This document shows positions 1 to 9,843 of a stretch of 64,000 nt of DNA, one piece after another. The DNA lies in assembly GCA_046758965.1 (NCBI GenBank), contig JBHIBG010000006.1, positions 212 through 64,211 on the forward strand. The letters are read 5' to 3'. The first letter of the stretch is position 1. The number at the start of each line of letters is the position of its first letter. The position numbers and the translations under genes were made by a program. The DNA is from Candidatus Methylomirabilia bacterium (lineage in GTDB: Bacteria; Methylomirabilota; Methylomirabilia; Rokubacteriales; CSP1-6). Below the pieces are notes generated by a model. It had not been told where the DNA came from and did not search any database. It worked only from the letters and a program-made list of their open reading frames with translations.

Positions 1-817
1 TGCGGCCGACGCCCTTGGCTTCCCGCTGGAGGCCGTCACGGTGGTGAGCGGAGACACGGACCGATGCCCGTTCGGAAGCGGCACCTTCGCCAGTCGCGGC
101 GCGGCCGGCGTCGGCGACGCACTGCTGCTCGCCGCGCGCTCGGTTCGAGAGAAAGCCGTCAGGATCGCCGCACTCCTCCTCGAAGCTGATGCCCGTGACC
201 TCGAGGCCCTCGACGGGCGGTTTCAGGTGCGCGGGGCGCCAGGCCGCTTCCTCCCGTGGTCGGCCGTGGCGCGCGCCGCGCACTACCCGCCGCTCTCACT
301 GCTCAACGCGGGGGAGGAGCCGGGGCTCGAGTCCACCCGAGGCGTCAGCCCGACGGCCACCTTTTCCTACGCGACTCATGTCGCGCTGGTGGAGGTGGAC
401 CCAGAAACCGGACAGGTCTCGATCCTGCGCTACATCCTTGCCGAGGATTGCGGCCCGATGATCAACCCGACGGTTGTCGAGGGGCAGATCGCAGGCGGCG
501 TGGCCCAGGGAATCGGTGTGGCCCTGCTCGAGGAGCTTGTGTACGACGAGTCAGGCCAGCTCGCCACCGGCTCGCTTATGGACTACGCGCTCCCGACGTT
601 TACCCAGGCCCTGGCCCTTGAGATCGAGCACCTCGAGACCCCAGCCCAAACGAGCCTGGGGGGGTTCAAGGGGATGGGGGAGAGCGGGACCATCGGGGCG
701 CCGGCGGCGATCGCTAACGCGGTGGGGGATGCCCTCGGGGCTGCCGGCGACCGACTGCTCGAGCTGCCGATGACCCGTCACCGGATCTGGCAGGCGATCC
801 GGGCTGGCGGGGGTTAG
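1..817 (+). CDS. Xanthine dehydrogenase / aldehyde oxidase / CO-dehydrogenase family molybdopterin-binding subunit. 3' fragment only; the gene starts upstream of the window.
   Basis: Translation of 41..817 (reading frame open back to base 1) shows the conserved C-terminal region of CoxL/XdhB-type large subunits. It is paralogous to the C-terminus of the full-length gene at 53938..56283. Stop TAG at 815-817. Confidence 0.8.
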   Translation, partial: AADALGFPLEAVTVVSGDTDRCPFGSGTFASRGAAGVGDALLLAARSVREKAVRIAALLLEADARDLEALDGRFQVRGAPGRFLPWSAVARAAHYPPLSLLNAGEEPGLESTRGVSPTATFSYATHVALVEVDPETGQVSILRYILAEDCGPMINPTVVEGQIAGGVAQGIGVALLEELVYDESGQLATGSLMDYALPTFTQALALEIEHLETPAQTSLGGFKGMGESGTIGAPAAIANAVGDALGAAGDRLLELPMTRHRIWQAIRAGGG

Positions 818-1195
818 CATGAGTGGTCTCCGAACCTCTGCGCTCTCCCAAACTTCAGTCACCCGGGCGCCGAACCCCGCGGGGTTCGGCCGGTCCGGCG
901 CTGCGCCCCGATGAGGCGACAGACTCTGGGGAGAAGCGCGCCACAGTCTCCGAGAACTCCCGGGAGTTTGTCCTTGAATTCTCTCACGTCGCCATGGTAC
1001 AAGCTGCCCTAGCTCCCGTTGACAAGGCGACGCTGGTCCCGGGCGGAGGATGTTGGGGTCCAACGCCTCACCTTGAAGGCCGATGCGGAGCCCCGACCAA
1101 TCAGAGTGCAGGCGCTGAAGTGAACTCCGCGACGTGCTCCCTGGAGGGCAAACAGTCGGTGGGACGTGCGATACACGGAGAAAAGGAGGTCGGCC

Positions 1196-2545
1196 ATGGA
1201 GGGTATTGGGCGAGTGCCCTGGGGACCGGGAAAGATCTCTAGGAGGCAGGCCATAAAGGCCGCGGCCGCTCTGGTGGGTGCGGGAGCCGGCGGCGCTGCA
1301 GGAGGTTACTTGCCCACGGGTTTCACCCCCCGCGCGGCCGCGCAACGGGCTGCGCGGGCAGCAGGAAAGGCACCGATAAAGATCGGGTTTCAGGTCCACC
1401 GGACAGGCATTGGAGCCGTCTACGGGAGGTGGTACGCAAGGACAGCGACGGCAGCGGCGAACCTGATCAACGAAATGGGCGGCATAGCTGGAAGGCCTGT
1501 CCAGCTGGTGTCCGAGGATGACGGGACAGACCCCAAGAGAGGGGCGGAGGTTGTCGAGAAGCTCGCCGTGCACCATAAGGTCGATTTCATCTTCGGGACA
1601 CTCTTCTCGCATGTGGTGATCGCGTCGGCACCCAGAGCCGGCGAGTTGAAGATCCCGTATTTCGTGGTGAGCGAGGGCTACCATGTGGCGTCTGGGAAGC
1701 TGAACCGCTACGTCTTTCAGCCCGGCATCACCGACGTACGCGCGCAAATAACCGCCGTAGCGGGCTGGATCGTCAAGAACCTCGGAAAGAAGATCACGAT
1801 GATCTTCCCTGACTATGCCTTCGGCTACAACCACAGAGACTTTTTGGGGCAGGCTGCACCCGGGCTCGGAGGGACAATCCGGGCTCGGCTCGCCATCCCA
1901 CCCAGAGAAACCTCGTTCACCAAATATTTCCCGCGGGTGCCCGCAGACACCGACGTGCTGTATCACGTGATGGTCGGCCCCGGCGTGCTCACCTTCGTCA
2001 AGGAGATGGGTGAGTACTTTGGCACACGGAAGCCCCAGATCTTTGGTTTCATAGACTCGCTGGAAGGGGTCGACTTATCCAGCCCGGGCCTCCAGTTCCT
2101 CGAGGGAACATACTTCTGGGAAGCGTTCCCGAGATACGCGGGCGGCTACGGCACGCCCTATGAGCGCTTCTACAGGCAGCGGGTCGGTATCAACGAAGCC
2201 GGTGCGAGTCTCCGGGATCCGAAGGATGTCTCGACCTACTCGCACATGTTCGGCTGCTGGGAAACCTTGTTCATCATCAAGCAGGCCGTCGAGCAGAGTG
2301 GCTACAAGGACCCCACCCCGAAGGACTACCAGGCCCTCATTGAGACCGTGGAGAACTTCCGGTGGTTCAACGAGGGGATTCAGCATCCGCAGGGCCACAA
2401 GAAGTTCGTCGGCCAGGTCCATCAAGGCTTCGGCCAGCAGTTCATCTCCAAGGTCGAGAACCGCAGGCTCAAGGTCATCCACAGAACAGAGATCGAGGAT
2501 TCTCTCTATCAGCCCGAGGCGGACTACACGAAGCAATCCCTGTAA
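1196..2545 (+). CDS. ABC transporter substrate-binding protein, Leu/Ile/Val-binding (LivK-like) family.
   Basis: ATG at 1196 preceded by AAAAGGAGG (1181-1189). N-terminus has a Tat-like RRQAIKAAAALVGAGAGG signal. Periplasmic-binding-protein type I fold family by sequence. Followed directly by two permease and two ATPase genes. Confidence 0.85.
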   Translation: MEGIGRVPWGPGKISRRQAIKAAAALVGAGAGGAAGGYLPTGFTPRAAAQRAARAAGKAPIKIGFQVHRTGIGAVYGRWYARTATAAANLINEMGGIAGRPVQLVSEDDGTDPKRGAEVVEKLAVHHKVDFIFGTLFSHVVIASAPRAGELKIPYFVVSEGYHVASGKLNRYVFQPGITDVRAQITAVAGWIVKNLGKKITMIFPDYAFGYNHRDFLGQAAPGLGGTIRARLAIPPRETSFTKYFPRVPADTDVLYHVMVGPGVLTFVKEMGEYFGTRKPQIFGFIDSLEGVDLSSPGLQFLEGTYFWEAFPRYAGGYGTPYERFYRQRVGINEAGASLRDPKDVSTYSHMFGCWETLFIIKQAVEQSGYKDPTPKDYQALIETVENFRWFNEGIQHPQGHKKFVGQVHQGFGQQFISKVENRRLKVIHRTEIEDSLYQPEADYTKQSL

Positions 2546-2683
2546 AGAGCTGATTCGCTCTTCTCCAACGCCGGTCCGTCACACGCATCTGCGGAGTGGG
2601 GGCAAATCCTCGGCTACCCACCGTGTCGTCATCACGACCACGGAAGGCGGTGCTGAGGATCCCCCCCTCCCTGCCATACTCTA

Positions 2684-3550
2684 ATGAGCTTCGCGGGTCA
2701 TCTCTTTCTCGCCCTGCTGGAAGGGACGGTCACGGGCTTCGTGCTCGCGCTCACCGCCCTCGGCCTCTCACTCGTTTTCGGCGTCATGCGCATCGTGAAC
2801 GTGGCTCACGGAGAGTTCTTCATGCTAGGCGCAGTCATCGCCTGGTACTTCTCGACCATGTTCGGCGGCTTCCTGGTGGCCTTGATCGCGGCTCCCCTCA
2901 TCGTCGGAGGCATCGCCTTCCTCGCTGATCGGCTCATCCTCCGTCAGATCGAATACAACCCCGAGAGCACCATCGTGGCGACCATCGGGCTTCTCTACAT
3001 CTTCCAACAGCTTGTCCTCACCATCTACGGGCCCTACGCCAGGCCGGTCGTCCCACCCCTCTACTTCCGAGTCGATTTCCCATGGTTCGGATACTCCGGG
3101 TACAAGCTGCTCGTCGCAGGCGCATCGGGCTTGCTCATCTGGGCAACGTGGCTCGTGGTATCCAAGACGACGCTGGGGCTCTACATGCGTGCCACCCAGC
3201 AAGATCGAGAGATGGCTCAAGCCTTCGGCGTGCCCGTGCAGCGAGTCTACACGGTGGTATTCTCGCTAGGCGCTGGCCTCACGGCGGTGGCCGGCGCCTT
3301 GATCGTCCCCGTTCAGCAGGCTCACTATCTCATGGGGCTGGACGCCCTCCTGATGTCCTTCATCGTGGTCATTATCGGTGGCCTGGGCAGCCTGAAGGGC
3401 ACGCTTGCCGCGGCCTTCATAATCGGAATTACTGATGGAGTCGTGTCAGTCTTCTTCGCCCCCACCCTGGCAAAGATCGTCGCCACCATGCTCGTCGCGC
3501 TCGTCTTGGTCGTGAGAACGGGAGGTCTCTTCGGAGAAGAGGCGGCATGA
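2684..3550 (+). CDS. Branched-chain-amino-acid-type ABC transporter permease (LivH-like).
   Basis: 288 aa, multiple hydrophobic segments. N-terminal LALTALGLSLVFGVMRIVNVAHGEF is typical of LivH-family permeases. Operon context. Confidence 0.85.
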   Translation: MSFAGHLFLALLEGTVTGFVLALTALGLSLVFGVMRIVNVAHGEFFMLGAVIAWYFSTMFGGFLVALIAAPLIVGGIAFLADRLILRQIEYNPESTIVATIGLLYIFQQLVLTIYGPYARPVVPPLYFRVDFPWFGYSGYKLLVAGASGLLIWATWLVVSKTTLGLYMRATQQDREMAQAFGVPVQRVYTVVFSLGAGLTAVAGALIVPVQQAHYLMGLDALLMSFIVVIIGGLGSLKGTLAAAFIIGITDGVVSVFFAPTLAKIVATMLVALVLVVRTGGLFGEEAA

Positions 3551-4509
3551 CGAGAAACAGGACTGGCGCAGTCCTTGCCGTTCATCTCGCGATCATCCTC
3601 CTGCTGCTCGGCCTTCAGTTTGTCATCCCTCCATTCCACCGGATCATGGTCGCGCGCATCATGGTCCTTGCCGTCTATGCGATCGGATACAACGTGCTCG
3701 TGGGCTACACCGGGCTCATGAGCCTGGGCCACGCCATGTTTTTCGCGTCCGGGATGTATGCCACCGGCCTGACCGTCTTTTACCTCGGCTTCGGGGCGGC
3801 CGAAGCATTCCTGGTTGGCGTCCTAGCCAGCGTCCTGATGTCGGCTGCACTCGGGCTGATCATGCTGCGAACGAGCGGGGTGGCCTTCCTCATCGTCACG
3901 ATGATGTTTTCCCAGGCGTTCTACCTGGCCACGCTCTATTTCAACAAGGTCACCAAGGGAGACGAAGGGTTCATCCTATCAGGACGCCTCGAGCCCCTAC
4001 AGCTCGGAGGATGGGAGCTCACCTTTTCCGACCCGGTCATCAAGTTCAACGTGGCGCTCGTCGTATTCGCCCTCTGCTTGATGCTCACCGTCTGGCTCAC
4101 CAGCTCCCCCATCGGGAGGGTCCTCGTTGCGGTACGAGAGAACGAGGAAAAGACCAGGTTGCTCGGCTACAACACGTTCAAGTACAAGCTCCTCGCCCTC
4201 ATCATCTCGGGCGGCATCTCCGGTGCCTCCGGCTCGACCTACACCCTGATTTTCTCGTACGTGGGCTCGTCTTTCGCCTCCATCCTCTACTCCATATACC
4301 CGCTGTTGTGGACCCTGCTCGGTGGAACAGCGACCACCATCGGCCCCTTCATGGGCACAGCGTTGATGACCTACGCCGTGGATAAGACGAGCGAGTTCAC
4401 GTCGAGCTACCTGCTTGTGGTTGGTGCGGCCCTTATCATCCTCATCATCTGGTTTCCCGCTGGCGTGATAGGAGGGATACGAGCCAAGTGGGTGAGATGG
4501 CTCCCGTGA
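3547..4509 (+). CDS. Branched-chain-amino-acid-type ABC transporter permease (LivM-like).
   Basis: ATGA overlap with the upstream permease. 320 aa integral membrane protein, LivM-family pattern. Confidence 0.85.
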   Translation: MTRNRTGAVLAVHLAIILLLLGLQFVIPPFHRIMVARIMVLAVYAIGYNVLVGYTGLMSLGHAMFFASGMYATGLTVFYLGFGAAEAFLVGVLASVLMSAALGLIMLRTSGVAFLIVTMMFSQAFYLATLYFNKVTKGDEGFILSGRLEPLQLGGWELTFSDPVIKFNVALVVFALCLMLTVWLTSSPIGRVLVAVRENEEKTRLLGYNTFKYKLLALIISGGISGASGSTYTLIFSYVGSSFASILYSIYPLLWTLLGGTATTIGPFMGTALMTYAVDKTSEFTSSYLLVVGAALIILIIWFPAGVIGGIRAKWVRWLP

Positions 4510-5243
4510 ATCTCCTCCTTGAGACGACAGCGCTTTCCAAGACGTTCGACGGGCTCGAGGCCGTGAGACCCGTGGACTTCCGGCTCGATCGGGGAGAGAT
4601 CAGGGCCATTATCGGGCCCAACGGAGCGGGAAAGACCACCCTGGTCAGCATGATCAGCGGCAGAATCACTCCTACATCGGGCACGGTGCAGTTCAAAAGC
4701 AGGGACATCACCAGGCTCAAAGCGTGGGACAGGGTGGCCCTGGGGATCGTCTACACATTTCAGGTCACCAGCATCTTCAAGAATCTCAGCGTCTACGATA
4801 ATATGGCGCTCGCCGTGCAACGGAGAGTGATGAGGAGGTCCCTCGACCGGATCGTCCTCAGCCAGAGTGCCCTGGCGGAGCGGGTCGATGCCGGACTGAC
4901 GGAGGTTGGGCTGCTCACCGTGCGAGAGCAGCAGGCCGGCTCGCTGCCGTACGGCCATCAGAAGCTCTTGGAAGTCGCCATGGCTCTGGCGCTGAGGCCT
5001 GAAGTGCTGATCCTCGATGAGCCCACGCAGGGCCTGGCCCCGGAAGAAATCACCGCGCTGTGTCAGCTCATCGGAGAGCTCTCACAGGTGCTCACCATTC
5101 TGCTCATCGAACACAACGTGGCGGTCGTTCTGGAGCTGGCAAGAAAGATCACGGTGATGGACAAAGGCAGCGTCATCGCTGAGGGAACGCCCGGGGAGAT
5201 CGAGGCTCACCCCGGCGTTCAGAAGGCGTACCTGGGCCTGTGA
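4488..5243 (+). CDS. ABC transporter ATP-binding protein (LivG-like).
   Basis: Walker A GPNGAGKTTL, ABC signature and Walker B LILDEP. Overlaps the upstream permease gene. Confidence 0.85.
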   Translation: MGEMAPVNLLLETTALSKTFDGLEAVRPVDFRLDRGEIRAIIGPNGAGKTTLVSMISGRITPTSGTVQFKSRDITRLKAWDRVALGIVYTFQVTSIFKNLSVYDNMALAVQRRVMRRSLDRIVLSQSALAERVDAGLTEVGLLTVREQQAGSLPYGHQKLLEVAMALALRPEVLILDEPTQGLAPEEITALCQLIGELSQVLTILLIEHNVAVVLELARKITVMDKGSVIAEGTPGEIEAHPGVQKAYLGL

Positions 5244-5944
5244 TGCTCACTTTGGAACGGATCAACTGCTACTATGGTGAGGTTCACGTTCTGAAGGAGG
5301 TCTCGCTCAGTCTTTCGCCCGGGCAGATCCTCTGCCTCCTGGGCAGGAACGGCGCCGGTAAGACGACGACCCTCAGAACCATCATGGGCTTCGTCAAACC
5401 CAGGTCGGGAAGCATAACGCTTGATGGAAGGGGTTTGATCACGCTTCGGCCGCACGACATCCCTCGGCTGGGGATCGCCTACGTGCCTCAGGGGAGAAGG
5501 CTGTTCCCCTTCCTGACAGTCGAGGAGAACCTGAGGATCGGGCGTCTGTTGAAGGGCAACGGCGAGGACGCGGTCGAGTGGGCCCTCGGCCTCTTTCCCG
5601 CGCTCAAAGAGCGAATGAGACAACGGGCGGGCACGTTGAGTGGGGGGGAACAGCAAATGCTCGCCACAGCCAGAGCGCTGTGCTCGGGCCCAAAGCTCCT
5701 CTTGATGGACGAACCCAGCGAAGGGCTCATGCCGACCTTGATCCAGAGGCTCGTTGAAACGATCAAAACGTTGAAAGCCCGCCAGGTAGGGGTGCTGCTC
5801 GTCGAGCAGAAGACCGATCTGGCACTCGCAGTGGCCGACAGCGTGGCCCTGATGGAGAATGGTTCCGTACGGTATCAAGCCACGCCAGAGGAACTGGCCT
5901 CGAACCCCGAGGTCCTGTTGAGGTACGTGGGCGTCAGGCGCTGA
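5240..5944 (+). CDS. ABC transporter ATP-binding protein (LivF-like).
   Basis: Walker A GRNGAGKTTT, signature LSGGEQQML, Walker B LLLMDEP. 4-nt overlap with the preceding ATPase gene. Confidence 0.85.
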   Translation: MMLTLERINCYYGEVHVLKEVSLSLSPGQILCLLGRNGAGKTTTLRTIMGFVKPRSGSITLDGRGLITLRPHDIPRLGIAYVPQGRRLFPFLTVEENLRIGRLLKGNGEDAVEWALGLFPALKERMRQRAGTLSGGEQQMLATARALCSGPKLLLMDEPSEGLMPTLIQRLVETIKTLKARQVGVLLVEQKTDLALAVADSVALMENGSVRYQATPEELASNPEVLLRYVGVRR

Positions 5945-5967
5945 ATGTTTCCAGGAGGAGGGAGGAG

Positions 5968-7155
5968 ATGAAGACCGTCATCCGCGGTATTGGGACCATC
6001 GTTTCCGGAGACCTCGGGCGCCCGCTGCTCGACGCGGACACGATCGTCATCGAGGACGGCAAGATCGCCGCCGTGGGGCGGGAAGGGGCTGTCGCCACCA
6101 AGGACGCCCGCACCGTCGTCGACGCCAAGGGGAGCACGGTGTTCCCGGGCCTGATCGACTCCCACGTCCACCCGGTGTTCGGTGACTTCACCCCCCGCCA
6201 GCGCACCGTGGACTTCATCGACTCGGCGCTCCACGGCGGAGTGACTACCATGATCTCGGCCGGCGAGGTCCACCTGCCGGGGCGGCCGCGCGACATCGAC
6301 GGGGTGAAGGCACTCGCCATCGTTGCCGCCAAGGCCTACCGGAACCTCCGCCCGAGCAGGGTGAAGGTCCACGCGGGCGCACCCATCCTCGAGCTGGGGA
6401 TGACCGAGGGCGATTTCGAGGCCATGGCCAAGGCCGGCGTCACGCTCGTGGGGGAGATCGGCCTGGGGAGTGTGAGGACGGCCAAGGAAGCCGCGCCCAT
6501 GGTCCGCTGGGCCAAGCAGTTCGGGATGCGAGTCACCATCCACACCGGCGGCCCCTCGATCGCCGGCTCCAACCCCATCAACGCCGACACCGTGATGGAG
6601 GCTGAGCCCCACGTCGTCGGGCACATCAACGGGGGGACGACCTCGCTGAGCCCCCAGGAGATCGAGCGGCTGGTACGTCAGACCAGCATGGGGCTCGAGA
6701 TCGTCCACTGCGGCAACCCCCGGACCGCGCTCCTGACGCTCCGCCTGGCCCGTGAGGCCGGCGCCCTGAGCCGCGTCATTATCGGCAACGATGCCCCGTC
6801 GGGGACCGGCGTGATTCCCCTCGGGATCCTCCGGGTGGTGAGCCTCCTGGCCTCGCTGGGGGAACTCCCGCCCGAGCAGGCGCTCTGCCTCGCCTCGGGC
6901 GACACCGCCACGATCTACAGCCTCCCGGTCGGGCTCATCGAGCCCGGCCGGGAGGCTGACCTCGTGATCGCGGATGCGCCGGTCGGCTCGGTGGGAGGGA
7001 CGGCCCTCGAGGCACTCAAGGCAGGCGACCTCCCCGGCATTTCCATGGTGCTGATCGATGGCGAGGTCAGGACCGGGCGCAGCCGCAACACCCCACCCGC
7101 GGCCCGCGCGGCGGAGGTCGTCCAGGGGCAGGCACCGGGCGGCAGCGCCCATTGA
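5968..7155 (+). CDS. Amidohydrolase-superfamily metal-dependent hydrolase, enamidase-like.
   Basis: Strong RBS (GGAGGAGGGAGGAG) before ATG 5968. HxH metal-binding motif DSHVHP near the N-terminus. From memory, overall resemblance to enamidase-type cyclic amidohydrolases. Confidence 0.65.
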   Translation: MKTVIRGIGTIVSGDLGRPLLDADTIVIEDGKIAAVGREGAVATKDARTVVDAKGSTVFPGLIDSHVHPVFGDFTPRQRTVDFIDSALHGGVTTMISAGEVHLPGRPRDIDGVKALAIVAAKAYRNLRPSRVKVHAGAPILELGMTEGDFEAMAKAGVTLVGEIGLGSVRTAKEAAPMVRWAKQFGMRVTIHTGGPSIAGSNPINADTVMEAEPHVVGHINGGTTSLSPQEIERLVRQTSMGLEIVHCGNPRTALLTLRLAREAGALSRVIIGNDAPSGTGVIPLGILRVVSLLASLGELPPEQALCLASGDTATIYSLPVGLIEPGREADLVIADAPVGSVGGTALEALKAGDLPGISMVLIDGEVRTGRSRNTPPAARAAEVVQGQAPGGSAH

Positions 7156-7168
7156 GGGGGGGACTGAG

Positions 7169-7738
7169 ATGAAAATCAGAAAGCTCTGCACCGTAGTCGA
7201 GGAGATCGTCGCGGACGGCCAGAGAGAGACGCGTCAACCCGTGAGGCGCGCGGCGGCTGTCGCGGTCATCGCCAACCCGTTCGCGGGCCGCTTCGTGGAG
7301 GACCTCTCCGAGCTGATTGGGGTCGGCGAGGAACTGGGGGCGATGCTCGGCAAGCGGGCGGTGGAAGCGCTGGGGGCAGCGCCCGAAAGCTACGGCAAGG
7401 CCGCCATCGTCGGCCTCGAGGGGGAGCTCGAACATGCTGCAGCCATTCTCCACCCGAAGCTGGGCGCGCCGTTCCGAGCCGCGGTCGGCGGTGGCAAGGC
7501 GATCATCCCCTCGGCCAAGAAGCTCGGGGCGGCCGGTACCGCCATCGACGTCCCGCTCCATTACAAGGATGCCGCCTTCGTCCGTTCCCACTACGACGGC
7601 ATGGAGGTCCGTGTCCCTGATGCCCCCAAGCCCAATGAGATCGTCGTCGCGCTCGTCGTCACCAACACGGGCCGGCCGCACCCGCGCATCGGGGGGCTCA
7701 CGAAGGCGGAAGTCAAGGGCGAGGACGGCCTCCGCTAA
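7169..7738 (+). CDS. Amino-acid-synthesis family protein (PF06684/DUF1185-like), about 190 aa.
   Basis: ATG 7169 preceded by GAGGGGGGG. N-terminus MKIRKLCTVVEEIVADG fits this small family. Family assignment is from memory, not a search. Confidence 0.5.
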   Translation: MKIRKLCTVVEEIVADGQRETRQPVRRAAAVAVIANPFAGRFVEDLSELIGVGEELGAMLGKRAVEALGAAPESYGKAAIVGLEGELEHAAAILHPKLGAPFRAAVGGGKAIIPSAKKLGAAGTAIDVPLHYKDAAFVRSHYDGMEVRVPDAPKPNEIVVALVVTNTGRPHPRIGGLTKAEVKGEDGLR

Positions 7739-7762
7739 GCACCACGAAAGGAGTCACGAGAG

Positions 7763-8740
7763 ATGCGATTCGGTCTCCGGCTCCCGAGCTTCGCCCTTGG
7801 CCAACGGACCGCCCCTCTCACGGAGATGGGCGCCTACCTCCGACGCGCCGAGCAGCTCGGGTTCGAGGTCGCCGTCACGATCGATCACCTCCTCACCACC
7901 GCGCCGGCGTACACTTGCACCTGGCTCGAGCCCATCGCGCTTCTCTCAGCTCTCGCCGGGGTCACCGAGCGCATCCGCCTCGGCACCATGGTCCTCGTCC
8001 TGCCGCTCCGGAACCCGGTCTACTTCGCCAAGGAATGGGCCACCCTCGATCTCCTCTCGGGAGGCCGCTCGATCCTCGGCGTCGGCGTCGGATGGCACGA
8101 GGAGGAGTTCGCCTTGATGGGGGTCGCCCACAAGGAGCGTGGCCGCCGCATGGACGAGTACTTGGAGATCCTGCGAGCGCTCTGGTCTGGCGACCGCGTG
8201 AGCTTTCAGGGCCGATTCTACCGGTTCAAGGACCTGACGATCGAGCCCAAGCCAATCCAACACCCTCACCCGCCCATCTGGATCGGAGGCGGCAGCCAGC
8301 CGTTCGAGAAGGTGTACGGCCAGGTGGTGACCAACATCGACCCCGTCCTCCGACGCATCGCCCGGTATGCCGACACCTGGGTGCCCCACTCCTCAGCGAC
8401 CCCGGAGATGGTGCGAGGAGACTGGGAGAAGGTCCGGGCCTTCGCTAAGGAGGCCGGGCGCGCCACGTCGCCCACCAAGGTGTACTCCAACTTTGTCTAC
8501 CTGCTGCGAGCGGGAGAGTCACCGGAGACCGCCATTCCTCACTTCAAAACCTTCTCGGGGATGGATCTCGACTACTGGCGCACTTACTATCTCCTTGGAG
8601 AGCCTGGGGAGCTGGTAGAGCGAATTCTGGCGCGGATCGAAGCGCTGGGGGGGATGGACTGGGTGGTGCTGAACCCGCTCTCCTTCGACCTGGAGCAGCT
8701 CGAGCGCCTGGCCACCGAGGTGCTGCCTCAGCTCCGCTGA
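7763..8740 (+). CDS. LLM-class (luciferase-like) flavin/F420-dependent oxidoreductase.
   Basis: RBS AAAGGAG before ATG 7763. 325 aa with a TIM-barrel LLM signature (MRFGLRLPSF; WIGGGSQ). Confidence 0.85.
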   Translation: MRFGLRLPSFALGQRTAPLTEMGAYLRRAEQLGFEVAVTIDHLLTTAPAYTCTWLEPIALLSALAGVTERIRLGTMVLVLPLRNPVYFAKEWATLDLLSGGRSILGVGVGWHEEEFALMGVAHKERGRRMDEYLEILRALWSGDRVSFQGRFYRFKDLTIEPKPIQHPHPPIWIGGGSQPFEKVYGQVVTNIDPVLRRIARYADTWVPHSSATPEMVRGDWEKVRAFAKEAGRATSPTKVYSNFVYLLRAGESPETAIPHFKTFSGMDLDYWRTYYLLGEPGELVERILARIEALGGMDWVVLNPLSFDLEQLERLATEVLPQLR

Positions 8741-9030
8741 CTCTGGGTTCTGCTGGCCAGGACCTGTGGATCGTTTAGGGCAGCTCAAGATGACATCCCC
8801 CATTGCCAGACCAGTCCAACTGTCATGTAACTTCTTGGAAACATTATGGAAACTCGATGGTGGCCGGACGCTGAGAGGAGAGGAAGTCGATGGGAGGACA
8901 GAATTTCGGCGCTATGATCCGGCCACGCCACAAGCCTCCGCCTAGACTCCCGCCCCTGGCATTTTAGTTGCACGTCGCCTAGTTGGAGCGGTTTGCTGCC
9001 AGCGCGGGCAAACAGATGGGGATCGTTGAA

Positions 9031-9465
9031 ATGAACAAATCGCGAATGGGGGTGTTGGCGCTTCTAGTGGCCCTGGTATGGATGACGGGTTGCGTCACAA
9101 GGGCTAACGTGGTAAACGCCAAGGACGAAGGGACGAGTCAGGTCTATGGCGTCAGCCGCGTCCGGGCCTGGAGGATTGCCAAGACCGTCTTTCGCTGGGA
9201 GGGTAGCGATGCTCTCGAGGAGCATCGAACCCGGGGCATTCTCGTTGTCCGCAGCGGAGAGAAATGGGTCCCCTGGGGGGGTCTGAAGGTCGTATGGGTG
9301 GAACGCATGGACCGAAAACACACAAAGGTCACCGTTCTCTCGAGGAGATACATCGGCATTCACGTCGGGATGACCTTGACTGAAGCCAGATTTCACGAGC
9401 GATTTGCTCAAGCAGTCGAGATTGCCAAGGCGGGAAAAGCTCTTCCTGCCGAACCGCCAGAGTAG
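9031..9465 (+). CDS. Hypothetical lipoprotein.
   Basis: MNKSRMGVLALLVALVWMTGC has a signal peptide with lipobox (MTGC). Start could also be 8983 or 9016. Confidence 0.45.
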   Translation: MNKSRMGVLALLVALVWMTGCVTRANVVNAKDEGTSQVYGVSRVRAWRIAKTVFRWEGSDALEEHRTRGILVVRSGEKWVPWGGLKVVWVERMDRKHTKVTVLSRRYIGIHVGMTLTEARFHERFAQAVEIAKAGKALPAEPPE

Positions 9466-9532
9466 AATCATGGAAGCAGGGTCCACAAAGCGTGTCAGAC
9501 TCTAGATTCTCCGGAACGGGAGGCGGGGCACC

Positions 9533-9757
9533 TTGAGAGCCTTCACCCTGATCATTGCGGTAGCTGCGTTGGTGATCGCTGTCATTGCGTTCGCCCGCAC
9601 CGGCGGCATCGAAGAGATCCGGCACAGGGTGGAGGTGCTTAGCACCCAGACCGAGGTGGCGAAGAAGACTGCCGAGGGACTTGCCCGGCTCGAACAGCTC
9701 TTTCGCGAGAAAGACCCCACGAAAGCCGACGATGAAGGCGGCAGGAAAGCCGAATAG
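9533..9757 (+). CDS. Small hypothetical membrane protein (single TM plus coiled-coil tail).
   Basis: 74-aa ORF with one N-terminal hydrophobic helix followed by a charged helical region. No homolog recognised. Confidence 0.3.
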   Translation: MRAFTLIIAVAALVIAVIAFARTGGIEEIRHRVEVLSTQTEVAKKTAEGLARLEQLFREKDPTKADDEGGRKAE

Positions 9758-9843
9758 CGGAGGAACGCTGGCGGGTCGTAGTGCCCCGCTCCCCTCCCGA
9801 CCGTAACTTTCCAGGCTACCCCCGCATCTTGCCCGCCAGCCGA

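Noticed and set aside
551-1966. 471-aa minus-strand ORF
   Set aside because: Overlaps the 3' end of the Mo-hydroxylase gene and the SBP gene on the opposite strand. Low-complexity translation, a GC artefact.
5875-7191. 438-aa minus-strand ORF
   Set aside because: Antisense shadow of the amidohydrolase gene 5968..7155. No recognisable domains.
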